From Macrostomum hystrix (taxonomy: Eukaryota > Animalia > Platyhelminthes), in contig CATNEN010000038.1 of assembly GCA_950097015.1 (NCBI GenBank), positions 4,216,001 to 4,280,000 on the forward strand: a DNA stretch of 64,000 nucleotides, read 5' to 3'. Numbering within the stretch: position 1 is the first letter of the stretch; each line of letters opens with the position of its first letter. Shown one piece after another: positions 44,960 through 55,687 of this stretch. The position numbers and the translations under genes are program-made. The notes below the pieces were generated by a model. The model saw nothing but the letters and a program-made list of their open reading frames with translations, had not been told where the DNA came from and searched no databases.

Positions 44960-45690
44960 ATAGTCCCCTCCCCCATCCTCCATGGCATTCCTCCTGCCAT
45001 CCTTGACAGTCCCCTCCCCATCCTCGACAGTCCCCTCCCCATCCTCCATGGGATTCCTCATGCCATCCTTGACAGTCCCCTTCCCATCCTCCATGGCATT
45101 CCTTCCGCCATCCTTAATAGTCCCCTCTCCCATCCTCCTTGGCATTCCTTCCGCCATCCTTAATAGTCCCCTCCCCATCCTCCATGGCATTCCTCCTGCC
45201 ATCCTTGACAGTCCCCTCCCTTATCCTCCCTGGCCTTGACAGTCCCCTCTCCCATCCTCCTTGGCATTCCTTCCGCCATCCTTAATAGTCCCCTCCCCAT
45301 CCTCCATGGCATTACTCCTGCCATCCTTGACAGTCCCCTCCCCATCCTCCATGGCATTCCTCCTGCCATCCTTGACAGTCCCCTCCCCATCCTCCATGGC
45401 ATTCCTTCCGCCATCCTTGACAGTCCCCTCCCCATCCTCCATGGCATTCCTCCCGCCATCCTTGACAGTCCCCTCCCCATCCTCCATGGCATTCCTCATG
45501 CCATCCTTGACAGTCCCCTTCCCATCCTCCATGGCATTCCTTCCGCCATCCTTAATAGTCCCCTCCCCATCCTCCATGGCATTCCTCCTGCCATCCTTGA
45601 CAGTCCCCTCCCTTATCCTCCCTGGTCTTGACAGTCCCCTCTCCTATCCTCCTTGGCATTCCTCCCGCCGTCCTTGATAGTCCCCTCCCT
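44960..45690. repeat. 45-bp minisatellite in the left foldback arm (mirrored at ~60753-61483)
   Basis: Unit cagtcccctccccatcctccatggcattcctcctgccatccttga. Confidence 0.9.
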
Positions 45691-46344
45691 CTTCCCAGCA
45701 CCTCTTTCATTCCCCCTGCTTTTGAAAAATTGGCTGTTTTGTCTAAATTAAAAAATAAAAAGGTACAACATCCTATTACCTATGTTTCCTTTCAGGAACA
45801 TGTGGCTCTCGCTGGAAGTTTCTATAAGCACATCCTGTTCGACTTGTCCTGAGTCAATTTTCGGTGCACATTCGAGATGCACATTTTCGGAGCCCTTGAT
45901 CCTGTGCTCTGACGGATATTTCAGAGCTATGACTGCTCACACTACAAAAGTACAGCCAGGGTTGACGTTGACTGTCTGTTTTTTATTATTATAATATTTC
46001 GCTAGTCAGCGCGTAAGGCTGATAATTACATATCTTGAGAAACACTCTTGTCATTCGACAGTATTTTCGCTATTTTACACTGAGTACACCACACCTTAAG
46101 CATTTCGCAGTTTGATGCCCTATTTTTATGATAAATATACTAGCTATTTGAAAGCCATTAAACGATGCGCATACTTATATTATTCTCCTGTAAGGCGTAC
46201 GTTTCAAACAATTTCTACAACAAATTCTCATCTTTCAGTGTTAGCAGCTGTACTCTTCAGCGGTTCAGTTGCCTGTCAAATTGTTTGGTTCTTTTATGGT
46301 TTCTGAACTATCTTCATGGCAAGATCCCAAACAGAATCCTCGCA

Positions 46345-47515
46345 ACTGATCCCCATCGAGATGGGTTGCCACACATTCATCAGCGACCGGGTCCTGATCC
46401 CCATCATGCAGGGTTGCCACACATCCATCAGCGACTGGGTCCTGATCCCCATCATGCAGGGTTGCCACACATCCATCAGCGACCGGGTCCTGATCTCCAT
46501 CATGCAGGGTTGCCACACATCCATCAGCGACCGGGTCCTGATCTCCATCATGCAGGGTTGCCACACATCCATCAGCGACCGGGTCCTGATCTCCATCATG
46601 CAGGGTTGCCACACATCCATCAGCGACCGGGTCCTGATCCCCATCATGCAGGGTTGCCACACATCCATCAGCGACCGGGTCCTGATCTCCATCATGCAGG
46701 GTTGCCACACATCCATCAGCGACCGGGTCCTGATCTCCATCATGCAGGGTTGCCACACATCCATCAGCGACCGGGTCCTGATCCCCATCATGCAGGGTTG
46801 CCACACATCCATCAGCGACTGGGTCCTGATCCCCATCATGCAGGGTTGCCACACATCCATCAGCGACCGGGTCCTGATCTCCATCATGCAGGGTTGCCAC
46901 ACATCCATCAGCGACCGGGTCCTGATCTCCATCATGCAGGGTTGCCACACATCCATCAGCGACCGGGTCCTGATCCCCATCATGCAGGGTTGCCACACAT
47001 CCATCAGCGACTGGGTCCTGATCTCCATCATGCAGGGTTGCCACACATCCATCAGCGACCGGGTCCTGATCTCCATCATGCAGGGTTGCCACACATCCAT
47101 CAGCGACCGGGTCCTGATCTCCATCATGCAGGGTTGCCACACATCCATCAGCGACCGGGTCCTGATCCCCATCATGCAGGGTTGCCACACATCCATCAGC
47201 GACCGGGTCCTGATCCCCATCATGCAGGGTTGCCACACATCCATCAGCGACCGGGTCCTGATCTCCATCATGCAGGGTTGCCACACATCCATCAGCGACC
47301 GGGTCCTGATCTCCATCATGCAGGGTTGCCACACATCCATCAGCGACCGGGTCCTGATCTCCATCATGCAGGGTTGCCACACATCCATCAGCGACCGGGT
47401 CCTGATCCCCATCATGCAGGGTTGCCACACATCCATCAGCGACCGGGTCCTGATCTCCATCATGCAGGGTTGCCACACATCCATCAGCGACCGGGTCCTG
47501 ATCCCCATCGTGCAG
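46345..47515. repeat. 48-bp minisatellite, 24 copies, left foldback arm
   Basis: Unit cagcgaccgggtcctgatccccatcatgcagggttgccacacatccat. Confidence 0.93.
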
Positions 47516-48200
47516 GAGGGTCACAAAGACTATAGCTATACTTATTGCAATTTAATTTTTAGGTATGTGTGAATAAAATAACAAAAATAACAATTAATAA
47601 TTGCTGCCTTTTGTACAAGCCAAAACTGCTGACATGTGTATGAACTATTTTACATGCATGATACTTTAATCAGCGACTAATACACCTATAAATCAAACGC
47701 TCGTAATACGAGCTAGTATCGATATTTGGGCCAAAAATTGTAGCATCGTTTCATCCCTATATAGGGACACCGACGACAGCAATATACTACTGACAGTAGT
47801 CAGAGTCGATAAAATTACTAAAAAGTAAGAAAATGGTCATAACTTTTTTTCTTCCAATGATACTGAGCTCGGACCGCCTAGAATGAGTTTCCCGTCCGAA
47901 AATAGTTTAGAAAACACAGTACCTAATAGTATGGAAGCAGTCGGCTAGGTACGAGTACTTGAAATGTTTTCGCATGTATTTCGTCTAATCTTCATTTACG
48001 AATACATAAATGCATCGGGTCTACATATGACAAGCTGTATCGGAAATGCGTCGGGTAATTGACCCTCAAAGTGGAAACTCATACAAATAAGGTTTTAGAT
48101 GATATTACCTGTAGACTAAGTAAATGGATGAATAACTATAGGGATGAAACGATCCTAAAATTTTTGGCCGAAATATCGATACTATTACGAGCGTTTGATT

Positions 48201-49045
48201 GCTCGCACCGGCGGGACACAACGCCTGTGAGTTATGAGTCAGTCCAGGCCCACGGGCTAAGGTCTGCGATGCCTCACACCTGCATGAGTCGCTTTTTGAG
48301 CAGGCTTGGCAGGAAGGAGCCCTGTGCCTTCGGGTGCCGACCGAAGCTGCCGGGGCGGGAGGCCTCCGGCCCACCTATCCGGCCCCTGAGGAAGGCAGGG
48401 CGCCTGAAGCCAAGGAGGGGGTTCCCCTGCCGGTTTATCGCACTGCATTGGACCCTCAGCCCGGTATCAGTGTAGCCAAGCCAGCCGGGGCGGCGGGCGC
48501 GGAAGGCCCTAGGCCTGCCCTGCCGCCCTGGAGGGTGGGGCCTCTGCCACCGCGGCTGGGGGGAGTCGTAACAACCGGCCCACCTTCGCCGCCGTCGCAA
48601 AGAGACAGCCGGCGATCGTCTTGCTCGGCAGAGACGCACGTCTGACTGCCGACCAGCTGAAGCAGGCGAGCCGCGTCATCGACGGGCTCCTGTGGAAGCA
48701 AACCCTGAAGGGCACGCCCCTGGCCATAAAGACCCACGCCACGCGGGACTCGGGCCTGCTCATCTGGCCCAGCGATGCCGAGTCAGGCCGGCGCCTCCTG
48801 GAGATGCTGCCTGGGCAGAACTGGGAAGCCAATATGGCCTTCCACCGAGAGGACGAGCCACCCCAGATGAAGAGGCACCGCATCTTAGTTCCGGCGGCCA
48901 GCGTCGTTACCTCCTCGGAAGAGTTGCCGAATGGACTGCTTGCAGTCAACCGCGACCTGCCTGCCGCGGGCCTAGGGTGCACGACACCATTCAGCATCCC
49001 GAGGGTCGGGGCTTCACCGCCATTCTTGGCCTGTCGGACGTCTGG
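48201..49045 (+). mobile_element. 5' UTR and degraded ORF1 of a LOA-type non-LTR retrotransposon; 5' end of the 11.1-kb insertion
   Basis: Starts right after TSD copy gagcgtttgatt (48189-48200); GC-rich ORF fragments; assignment to ORF1 is by position, not by a recognised motif. Confidence 0.6.
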
Positions 49046-49164
49046 ATGCGCAAGTACCCAGACGACTCAGCGAATCCATAGACGCTTGGCACAGCAGACT
49101 GTGGAGCGCCTCGGAAGCCTGCAAGTTCGAGGGTCTCCGCCAGTCGCTCATCAGGGACCAAATC

Positions 49165-49932
49165 GTGGCCAGCTGTCGCAGCGAGTCACTGAGGAAGCGC
49201 CTGCTGAATATCCCCAACATCAGCCTGTCGGACACTCTCCAGCTGGCCAGGACGCACGAGGCAGCAGAGAAGCAGGCGGCCATCATGACCAGGACAGCGG
49301 CAGCCTCTGAGGAAGTGGCGCAACTGCGCCGCCAGCGCCACCCGCTCCCGGAACCTTCGCGTGAGTCGCAGCAATTTGCTAAGTGCATCCGGTGCGGCGA
49401 GCTGGGCCACAAGAGCTGCAGCAGGGCGCAAGGCAAGCGATGCAGCAGCTGCGGCAAGGCCAACCATCTGGCCAAGGCCTGCCTCAGCAGCCGCTCGAAG
49501 ATTAACTCACTGCAGCCCGAGCAGGACCAGTCAGCCGACCAACCACCTAACGAGGTGTTCTGCACACTCAGCGGCAAGGACGACAGCGCCAAGTTCGTCA
49601 TCAGAATCAACGGCAGTCCGGTCCGCACACTGATCGACAGCGGAGCGAGCTGCAACGTGTTGGACATGGCGACGTTCCACAGAATCTGCCGGCCCGGCAC
49701 GCCGCTTTCACCGTCCAGCACCACAGTCTTTGCGCTTGGTGCCAGCGAGCCACTGAAGACAGCCGGCCAAACAACGCTCACTGTCAGAGCGAACCACCGC
49801 GAATTGCAGGCCAATTTCATCGTCATCAGCAGCAACTGCACACCGATTCTCGGAAGATCGTTCAGCACAAAGCTCGGCATGCTGAGAGTCGGACCTGAAG
49901 TCAGCACGAACTCTGCGGTGGTGGCCAGCTAA
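49165..49932 (+). CDS. Gypsy gag C-terminus and aspartic protease (partial, frameshifted from pol)
   Basis: CIRCGELGHKSC, CSSCGKANHLAKAC, LIDSGASCN, PILGR. Confidence 0.85.
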   Translation: MASCRSESLRKRLLNIPNISLSDTLQLARTHEAAEKQAAIMTRTAAASEEVAQLRRQRHPLPEPSRESQQFAKCIRCGELGHKSCSRAQGKRCSSCGKANHLAKACLSSRSKINSLQPEQDQSADQPPNEVFCTLSGKDDSAKFVIRINGSPVRTLIDSGASCNVLDMATFHRICRPGTPLSPSSTTVFALGASEPLKTAGQTTLTVRANHRELQANFIVISSNCTPILGRSFSTKLGMLRVGPEVSTNSAVVAS

Positions 49933-50026
49933 GCCGGCCAGCAGTGAGGACCAGCACCTGCCCAAGCAGCTGCAACTTCAGACAATCCTGGCGGAATTCA
50001 GCGACTGCTTTCAAGGCATCGGATGC

Positions 50027-52705
50027 GTGAAGGGAGTCAGCGTCACTATCAGGCTCAGGCCGGATGCCACTCCAGTCTGCCAGCCGCCATCCCGAGTGCC
50101 CGTTCACCTAAGGAATGCTGTAATCAAGGAGCTGGAAGATCAACTGGCACTGGGAATCGTCGAACGAGTGCGTGGTCCAACAGCCTGGTGCTCCAGGATG
50201 GTCGCAGTTCCAAAGGCCGAGCAGGGCGAGGTTCGCATCACCCAGGACCTCCGCGAGGTGAACAAGTACGTCATCCCAGAGAAGCAGCCTATACCCACAT
50301 TCGAAGAGGTGACGGACGAGATGGCGGGCGCGACGTATTTCTCGGAGCTGGACGTCGCCAAAGCCTTCCACCAAATTGAAGTCGCCGAGGAGTCTAGAGA
50401 CCTGCTAACGTTCTCCTCACCCATCGGGCTCCTGCGGCTGCGCCGGCTCTGCATGGGCTTCACATCCGCCTCCGAGATCCTCCAGCGGGTGATGACCTCC
50501 GTCCTGAGTGGCCTCCCCGGCGTCCGCTGGGTGCACGACGACATCCTGGTGTACGCGAAAAACATTGAAGAGCACAACCAGCGCCTGCGAGACTGCCTGG
50601 CCCGGTTGAAGGCTAGCAACATCACGTTGAACCCCAAGAAGTGCCGCTTCGCTCGACCAGAGGTCGACTTTCTCGCCATGCGGCTCTCTGCATGCGGCAT
50701 TCACCCAAGCGCCGAGAAAGTAGCGGCCATCAACAACTTCAAGCGGCCGACCAACGCAACCGAGGTGCGCTCCTTCCTCGGCCTCGTCACCTTCGTGGCG
50801 CGCTTCATCAGCAACCTGTCTGACAGGGTCCGGCCACTCTGCGAGCTGACAAGGCAGGCCGCCGAGTGGACGTGGGGCGAAAAGCAAGAGGCCGCATTCA
50901 ACGACATCAAACAGAATATCGCCAGCAGCCACGCGCTGGCATTCTTCAATAGTGAGCTGCAGACTCAGCTGATCGTGGACGCCAGCCCCACGGGTGTCGG
51001 CGCCATCCTTGCCCAAGTCCAGCCAGACGGATCGACGCGGCCGGTGGCATACGCGAGCCGCAGCCTCAGCCCGACCGAGCAGCGCTACTCCCAGACGGAG
51101 CGGGAGGCCCTCGCGGTGAAGTACGGCAGCCTGAAGTTCTACCACTACCTCAGCGGGGGTGGCAGTTTCAAGGTCATCACCGACCACAAGCCGCTGATAT
51201 CCCTGTTCAGCACGGGGTCTCGGCCGCCACCCCGCATTGAGCGCATGGCGCTGCGACTGCAAGACCTTGTCTTTCGGGTCGTGTACCAGCCCGGCGCCGG
51301 CAACCCGTCTGACGTCCTGAGCCGCCAGCCGCTGCCAATGCCACCAAACAACGTCGGCGAGCAGGCGGACGCGATCTACGTGGCCACGGCAGTCCAAGCT
51401 GCCACTCCGGTGTCCATCAGCCTGGGCACAATCAAGGCGGCCTCCGAACGAGACGGCACGGTACAAGCAGCGCTACACGCCATCCGCGGCCACCAATGGG
51501 ACAAGAGTGACACGTGCCTGCAGGGACTCCATGGCGTATCCCACGAACTATCCGAGCTGAACGGCCTGCTGCTGCGCGGCAGTCAGCTGTACATGCCGAC
51601 GACTCTGCGATACCGGTGCATGCAGCTGGCCCACCAGGGACACCAGGGCGTCAAAAAAACGCTCGACCGCTTGCAAGCGAAGGTCTGGTGGCCAGGCATG
51701 CGAGCATCCGTGGAGGCGCACGTAGCAGCCTGCACCAGCTGCCTGACCTGCACCAGCGAGACCTCGCCGAAAGCCACGCCGCTAAAGCCGACCGAACTGC
51801 CGGAGGGCCCCTGGCTCGAGCTGGGGCTCGACTTCCTCGGACCGATAAACGGCAAGTCGCTGCTCGTCTGTACGGACCACTTCTCCAGGTTCCCGCTCGT
51901 GGAGGTCATGGCCAGCACCACCGCCTCCGCCGTCATCAACGTGCTACGCCGGTGGTTTAGCATCTTCGGGCAGCCGACAAAGGTGACCACAGACAATGGC
52001 CCACCCTTCGCATCGGCCGAGTTCAGCAGCTTCCTGATGGATCAGGGCGCACGGCACCATCGGATCACGCCTCTCTACCCTCAGGCCAACGGCGCAACGG
52101 AGCGGTGCAATCAAGGGCTGAACAAGGCTATCCGCGCAGCGATCGTCGAAGGCAGGGACTGGACACTGGCCCTGGACGAGTACCTGGCAGCGTACAGACG
52201 CACTCCGCACTGCTCCACGGGCGTCGCGCCGGCCAGTCTGTTATTTGGCAGGCAGATCAACGATGTGATCCCGAGTCTCCGACACTCGCAGCCCGTCGAC
52301 GCGACTCGAGCGGCCATTGCCGACAGCGACAGACAGGCCAAGGAGGCTATGAAGCGGCACGCCGACCGACGCTTCAGAGCCGCCGACCACGGCATTCGCG
52401 CCGGCGACCGCGTCCTCAGGCGCCAGCAGTCCCGGCAAAAGACCGACGCCTTCTACGAGTCGGCGCCGTGGACCGTGGCCGAGGTGCAAGGCGACTCCCT
52501 GCTCATGCAGCGCGACGACGTCGTCTGCCGCAGGCACGCCACGCAGGTCAAGTGGCTACCCGGGCAGCCTGAGCAGTCCGATCAGCAGCCGCTCGAACCT
52601 CCTGACGCCCCTGAGCTCGCGGAGCCAGTCGCAGCCCGGCTCCACCCCCGGCGGGCGAAGGACCCAGAGAGGAACTACAGAGAACCCGACCTGCGCAGAA
52701 GCTGA
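50027..52705 (+). CDS. pol: Gypsy pol: reverse transcriptase, RNase H, integrase (892 aa open; frame extends upstream to ~49922)
   Basis: QDLREVN, LDVAKAFHQ, MGFTSASE, VHDDIL, VDASPTGVGAIL, YSQTEREALAV, TDHKPL, HQGHQG..C..C, LDFLGP, TDNGPPF, QANGATER. Confidence 0.93.
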   Translation: MKGVSVTIRLRPDATPVCQPPSRVPVHLRNAVIKELEDQLALGIVERVRGPTAWCSRMVAVPKAEQGEVRITQDLREVNKYVIPEKQPIPTFEEVTDEMAGATYFSELDVAKAFHQIEVAEESRDLLTFSSPIGLLRLRRLCMGFTSASEILQRVMTSVLSGLPGVRWVHDDILVYAKNIEEHNQRLRDCLARLKASNITLNPKKCRFARPEVDFLAMRLSACGIHPSAEKVAAINNFKRPTNATEVRSFLGLVTFVARFISNLSDRVRPLCELTRQAAEWTWGEKQEAAFNDIKQNIASSHALAFFNSELQTQLIVDASPTGVGAILAQVQPDGSTRPVAYASRSLSPTEQRYSQTEREALAVKYGSLKFYHYLSGGGSFKVITDHKPLISLFSTGSRPPPRIERMALRLQDLVFRVVYQPGAGNPSDVLSRQPLPMPPNNVGEQADAIYVATAVQAATPVSISLGTIKAASERDGTVQAALHAIRGHQWDKSDTCLQGLHGVSHELSELNGLLLRGSQLYMPTTLRYRCMQLAHQGHQGVKKTLDRLQAKVWWPGMRASVEAHVAACTSCLTCTSETSPKATPLKPTELPEGPWLELGLDFLGPINGKSLLVCTDHFSRFPLVEVMASTTASAVINVLRRWFSIFGQPTKVTTDNGPPFASAEFSSFLMDQGARHHRITPLYPQANGATERCNQGLNKAIRAAIVEGRDWTLALDEYLAAYRRTPHCSTGVAPASLLFGRQINDVIPSLRHSQPVDATRAAIADSDRQAKEAMKRHADRRFRAADHGIRAGDRVLRRQQSRQKTDAFYESAPWTVAEVQGDSLLMQRDDVVCRRHATQVKWLPGQPEQSDQQPLEPPDAPELAEPVAARLHPRRAKDPERNYREPDLRRS

Positions 52706-53038
52706 ATTGCTTGATTGACAGACTAAAGTTACAAGGACTGTTCTAAAAACAATTATATTGTTGCCTGCTACTACTTCTTTCATTTTATTCCCTATAATTT
52801 TTCATCCACTTGAGGAGGACTTTCATGCCGTAGTCTAATAGCACTCACGTATCGCTTTGCCGGTCAATCTAATATGTACATGCATCACTAACTCTCGCTC
52901 ACTATGTACATGCCCCCCACGCGCACGTTGATCGTATCGGTTGCACGTCGAGGCAAATATATAAATACTGTCTCGCCCTACTTGGAGGGCTCACCTTTTT
53001 CTTCGCACCTCACACAGCTTGACTCTTGAGCCATTACA

Positions 53039-55687
53039 AAAATGTCGAAGCTCTCCTCGGTAAAGCGAACCGACGGCACGTCAACTGACAACCCTGGGGA
53101 AACGCTGGAGGTCATGCTCTCTGCCTTCTTCCCCAACGAGCCAACCAACCCGACCACCTCAGACCACACTGAGGGAGGCCAGATGCTGGCTTCCTCTATC
53201 ATCACGGAGGACCGCATCGTTAAAGCGGCCACCTCCGTTAAGCCTTTTAAGGCTCCAGGACCTGATGGCATCGTACCTGCTTTTCTTAGAGAGGCGGTTA
53301 AATGCCCAGGTTTCCTGCGCTCTCTTTGCAGCCTCTATCGAGCCTGCATCACGCTCGGGTACGTCCCGCAGGCATGGACCGAGGCGAAGGTGATTTTTAT
53401 CCCGAAGCCAGGCCGCCCGGACTACCAGTCCATTAAATCCTTCAGACCAATCAGCCTAACCACCTTCCTGGTCAAGCTGATGGAGAGACTTGTGCTTTGG
53501 CGCCTTCTCTCAGTGGAACTGAAGAACGCGCCGCTCAGCGACAACCAGCATGCTTTTCGGGCGGGTCGCTCCACTGAAAGCGCGCTTCACGTTATGGTCG
53601 ACAAATTGGAAAAAGCTGTGCTTGGCACCGGCTTCGCCTTAAGTGTCTTCCTGGACATCGATGGTGCCTTTGACAACGTCCTCTTCGAGGCGTTCCGCAA
53701 AGCCCTTTGTGAGAGACACACTCACTCGTCCCTCACCAGATGGATCATGTATATGATCAGTCATCGCACGGTCACTGCCAACCTGCTGGGCCACCAACGG
53801 ACGGTCCCCGTCCGCAAAGGGAGCCCGCAGGGAGGGGTTCTCTCTCCCATTCTCTGGAACATGGTCATTGACGAACTCCTCCGAGACGCTCGTCCTGACC
53901 CAATCCTGAAGGTGGGTTATGCGGACGATGTCACAGCTGATCCCGATGGCCCATCCCCTGATACTCTCAGGGACCTACTTCAGAATTTCATCCGCTCTGC
54001 TGAACAATGGGCGGGTCGCTGTGGTCTGAAGCTCTCTGAGACCAAGACTGCAGTGATCATGTTCACCAGCAGAAACAAATGGCAGATACAGCCGCTTAGG
54101 CTTTACGGTAAGGAAAAGGATCACCCTGGACCATAGGCTGAACTGGTCTCCCAATGTTCAAACCAAAACCAAGAGGGCCCTCGCGATCCTCGCGCAGCTG
54201 CGAAGGGCCGTCGGCACCACCTGGGGGCTCACCCCCAAGCGCCTCTGGTGGATCTATACTGCAATTGTCAGGCCAGCTGTCTCGTACGGCAGCTTGATCT
54301 GGGCTAGCGCCCTGCAGATAAAGACCTGCCTGGAGGCACTTAGGAAAACGCAAGGGCGCGCCTGTCGCATGACCATGAGTGCCCCACAGTCGGCTCCTTA
54401 CGACGGCCTCAATGCCTTCCTCGACGCTCCCCGTTGGACATTTTTGTCCGCAGGGAAGCCGCTAAAACAGCGCGTCGGCTCATTGACGCCGGCGTCCGCT
54501 TCACGCCGCAGAGAGCAATGGCAAAGCGCAAACTTCTGCCTCACACCGATCTGTGCCTTCGAGACTTGGAAGATAGCGGCGGACTCCACGTCTTATCTGA
54601 CGGCGAACCACGCACTCTCAATCTCACCCAACGCTACAAAATCATCATCCCCTCGAGGGAAGACGCTAACGACCACTGGAACCACCAGGAGGTCCACTGC
54701 TATACGGACGGATCCCTTAAAGACGGCCTTGCCAGGCTTTGGGGTCTGCATCCTGATCAATGGCCGCGTCGTCGCCACGCTTGCCCAACATACTGTGAGA
54801 CTTTCTACGGTCTTCCAGAATGAAATCCTTGCCATCAGCTCCTGTGCCGCAGAGCTGAATGCCAGGAATACGAGAGGAGAGACTATCATCATCCACTCTG
54901 ACAGCGAAGCGGCCTTACAAGCCCTTTGCCGCACCACGTGCTCCCGGACAGTCGCTGACTGTGCCCGGCAACTCAACCTCCTGGCCCGTAACAACACGGT
55001 CAGGCTGAGCTGGATCCCAGGGCATGCGGGCTTCCCAGGGAACGAGCTTGCGGATACCCTTGCCAAGCAAGGTGGCTCTGGCTCTCTCCTTGGCCCTGCT
55101 CCCCTGGTCCCGATCCCCATCACGGTCCTCAACCGCCTCATTGATGACTGGGCTGAGTCCCTCCACAGGGACAGATGGGCGGGCACCCAGAACTGTCGGC
55201 AATCCCGTGCCGCAGTTCCGCGCCCGTCTCGCAGGCTTAGGAACATCCTTTTGAATCAAAGCGGATATCCGCGCCCTCGCCATGACCCTCACGGGCCACG
55301 GCTACCTCGCTAGGCACTGTTTCCTCCGGGGCGACCTTGAGAGTGAAATCTGCCCATTCTGTGAGTACGACAGCGAAGATGCTGAGCACTTTGTGTGTCA
55401 CTGCCCTTTCTTTAACAGAGACCGGCTACGCTACCTCGGGCCCAACCCGTCTATGGACGAGATCTGCCAGCCCGACAGCATTCCACGGCTCGTCCAGTTC
55501 CTCCGGGCAACAAGACGAGCCACGTTCTTCCCTACGGAAGACAACGCTGCAGGACGGACCGGCGGACCACCCTGACCGGCCCCGCGCCCTTGCCTGTCTG
55601 CGGGCCTACAGGGGTTAGCGGCATGGGCGATCCTCACCTCCCCGCTGCGTCCATGGACCACCCTGCAGCTAAGTCAAGTAAGTCAAG
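53039..55687 (+). mobile_element. LOA-clade (Lian-like) non-LTR retrotransposon copy 1: RT, RNase H, C-terminal Cys/His motif and 3' UTR; frameshifted
   Basis: FKAPGPDGI, FRPISLT, QHAFRAGRSTESALH, FLDIDGAFDN, GSPQGGVLSPILW, GYADD, WGLTP..WWIY, YTDGS, HSDSEAAL, WIPGHAGFPGNELAD, CPFC..EDAEHFVCHC; tail ccctgcagctaagtcaagtaagtcaag. Confidence 0.88.

Larger units (their letters stand above)
49046..53038 (+). mobile_element. Ty3/Gypsy LTR retrotransposon, 5'-deleted (no 5' LTR): partial gag-protease, intact RT-RNase H-integrase, PPT and 3' LTR (~52826-53038)
   Basis: Gag LIRDQIV and two CCHC-type knuckles, protease LIDSGA, purine tract gaggagga at 52812, and an LTR-like segment with a TATA box ending ..ttaca. 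Confidence 0.9.

Noticed and set aside
50108-52783. Antisense and alternative-frame ORFs over Gypsy pol
   Set aside because: Expected shadows of GC-rich coding sequence; no motifs.
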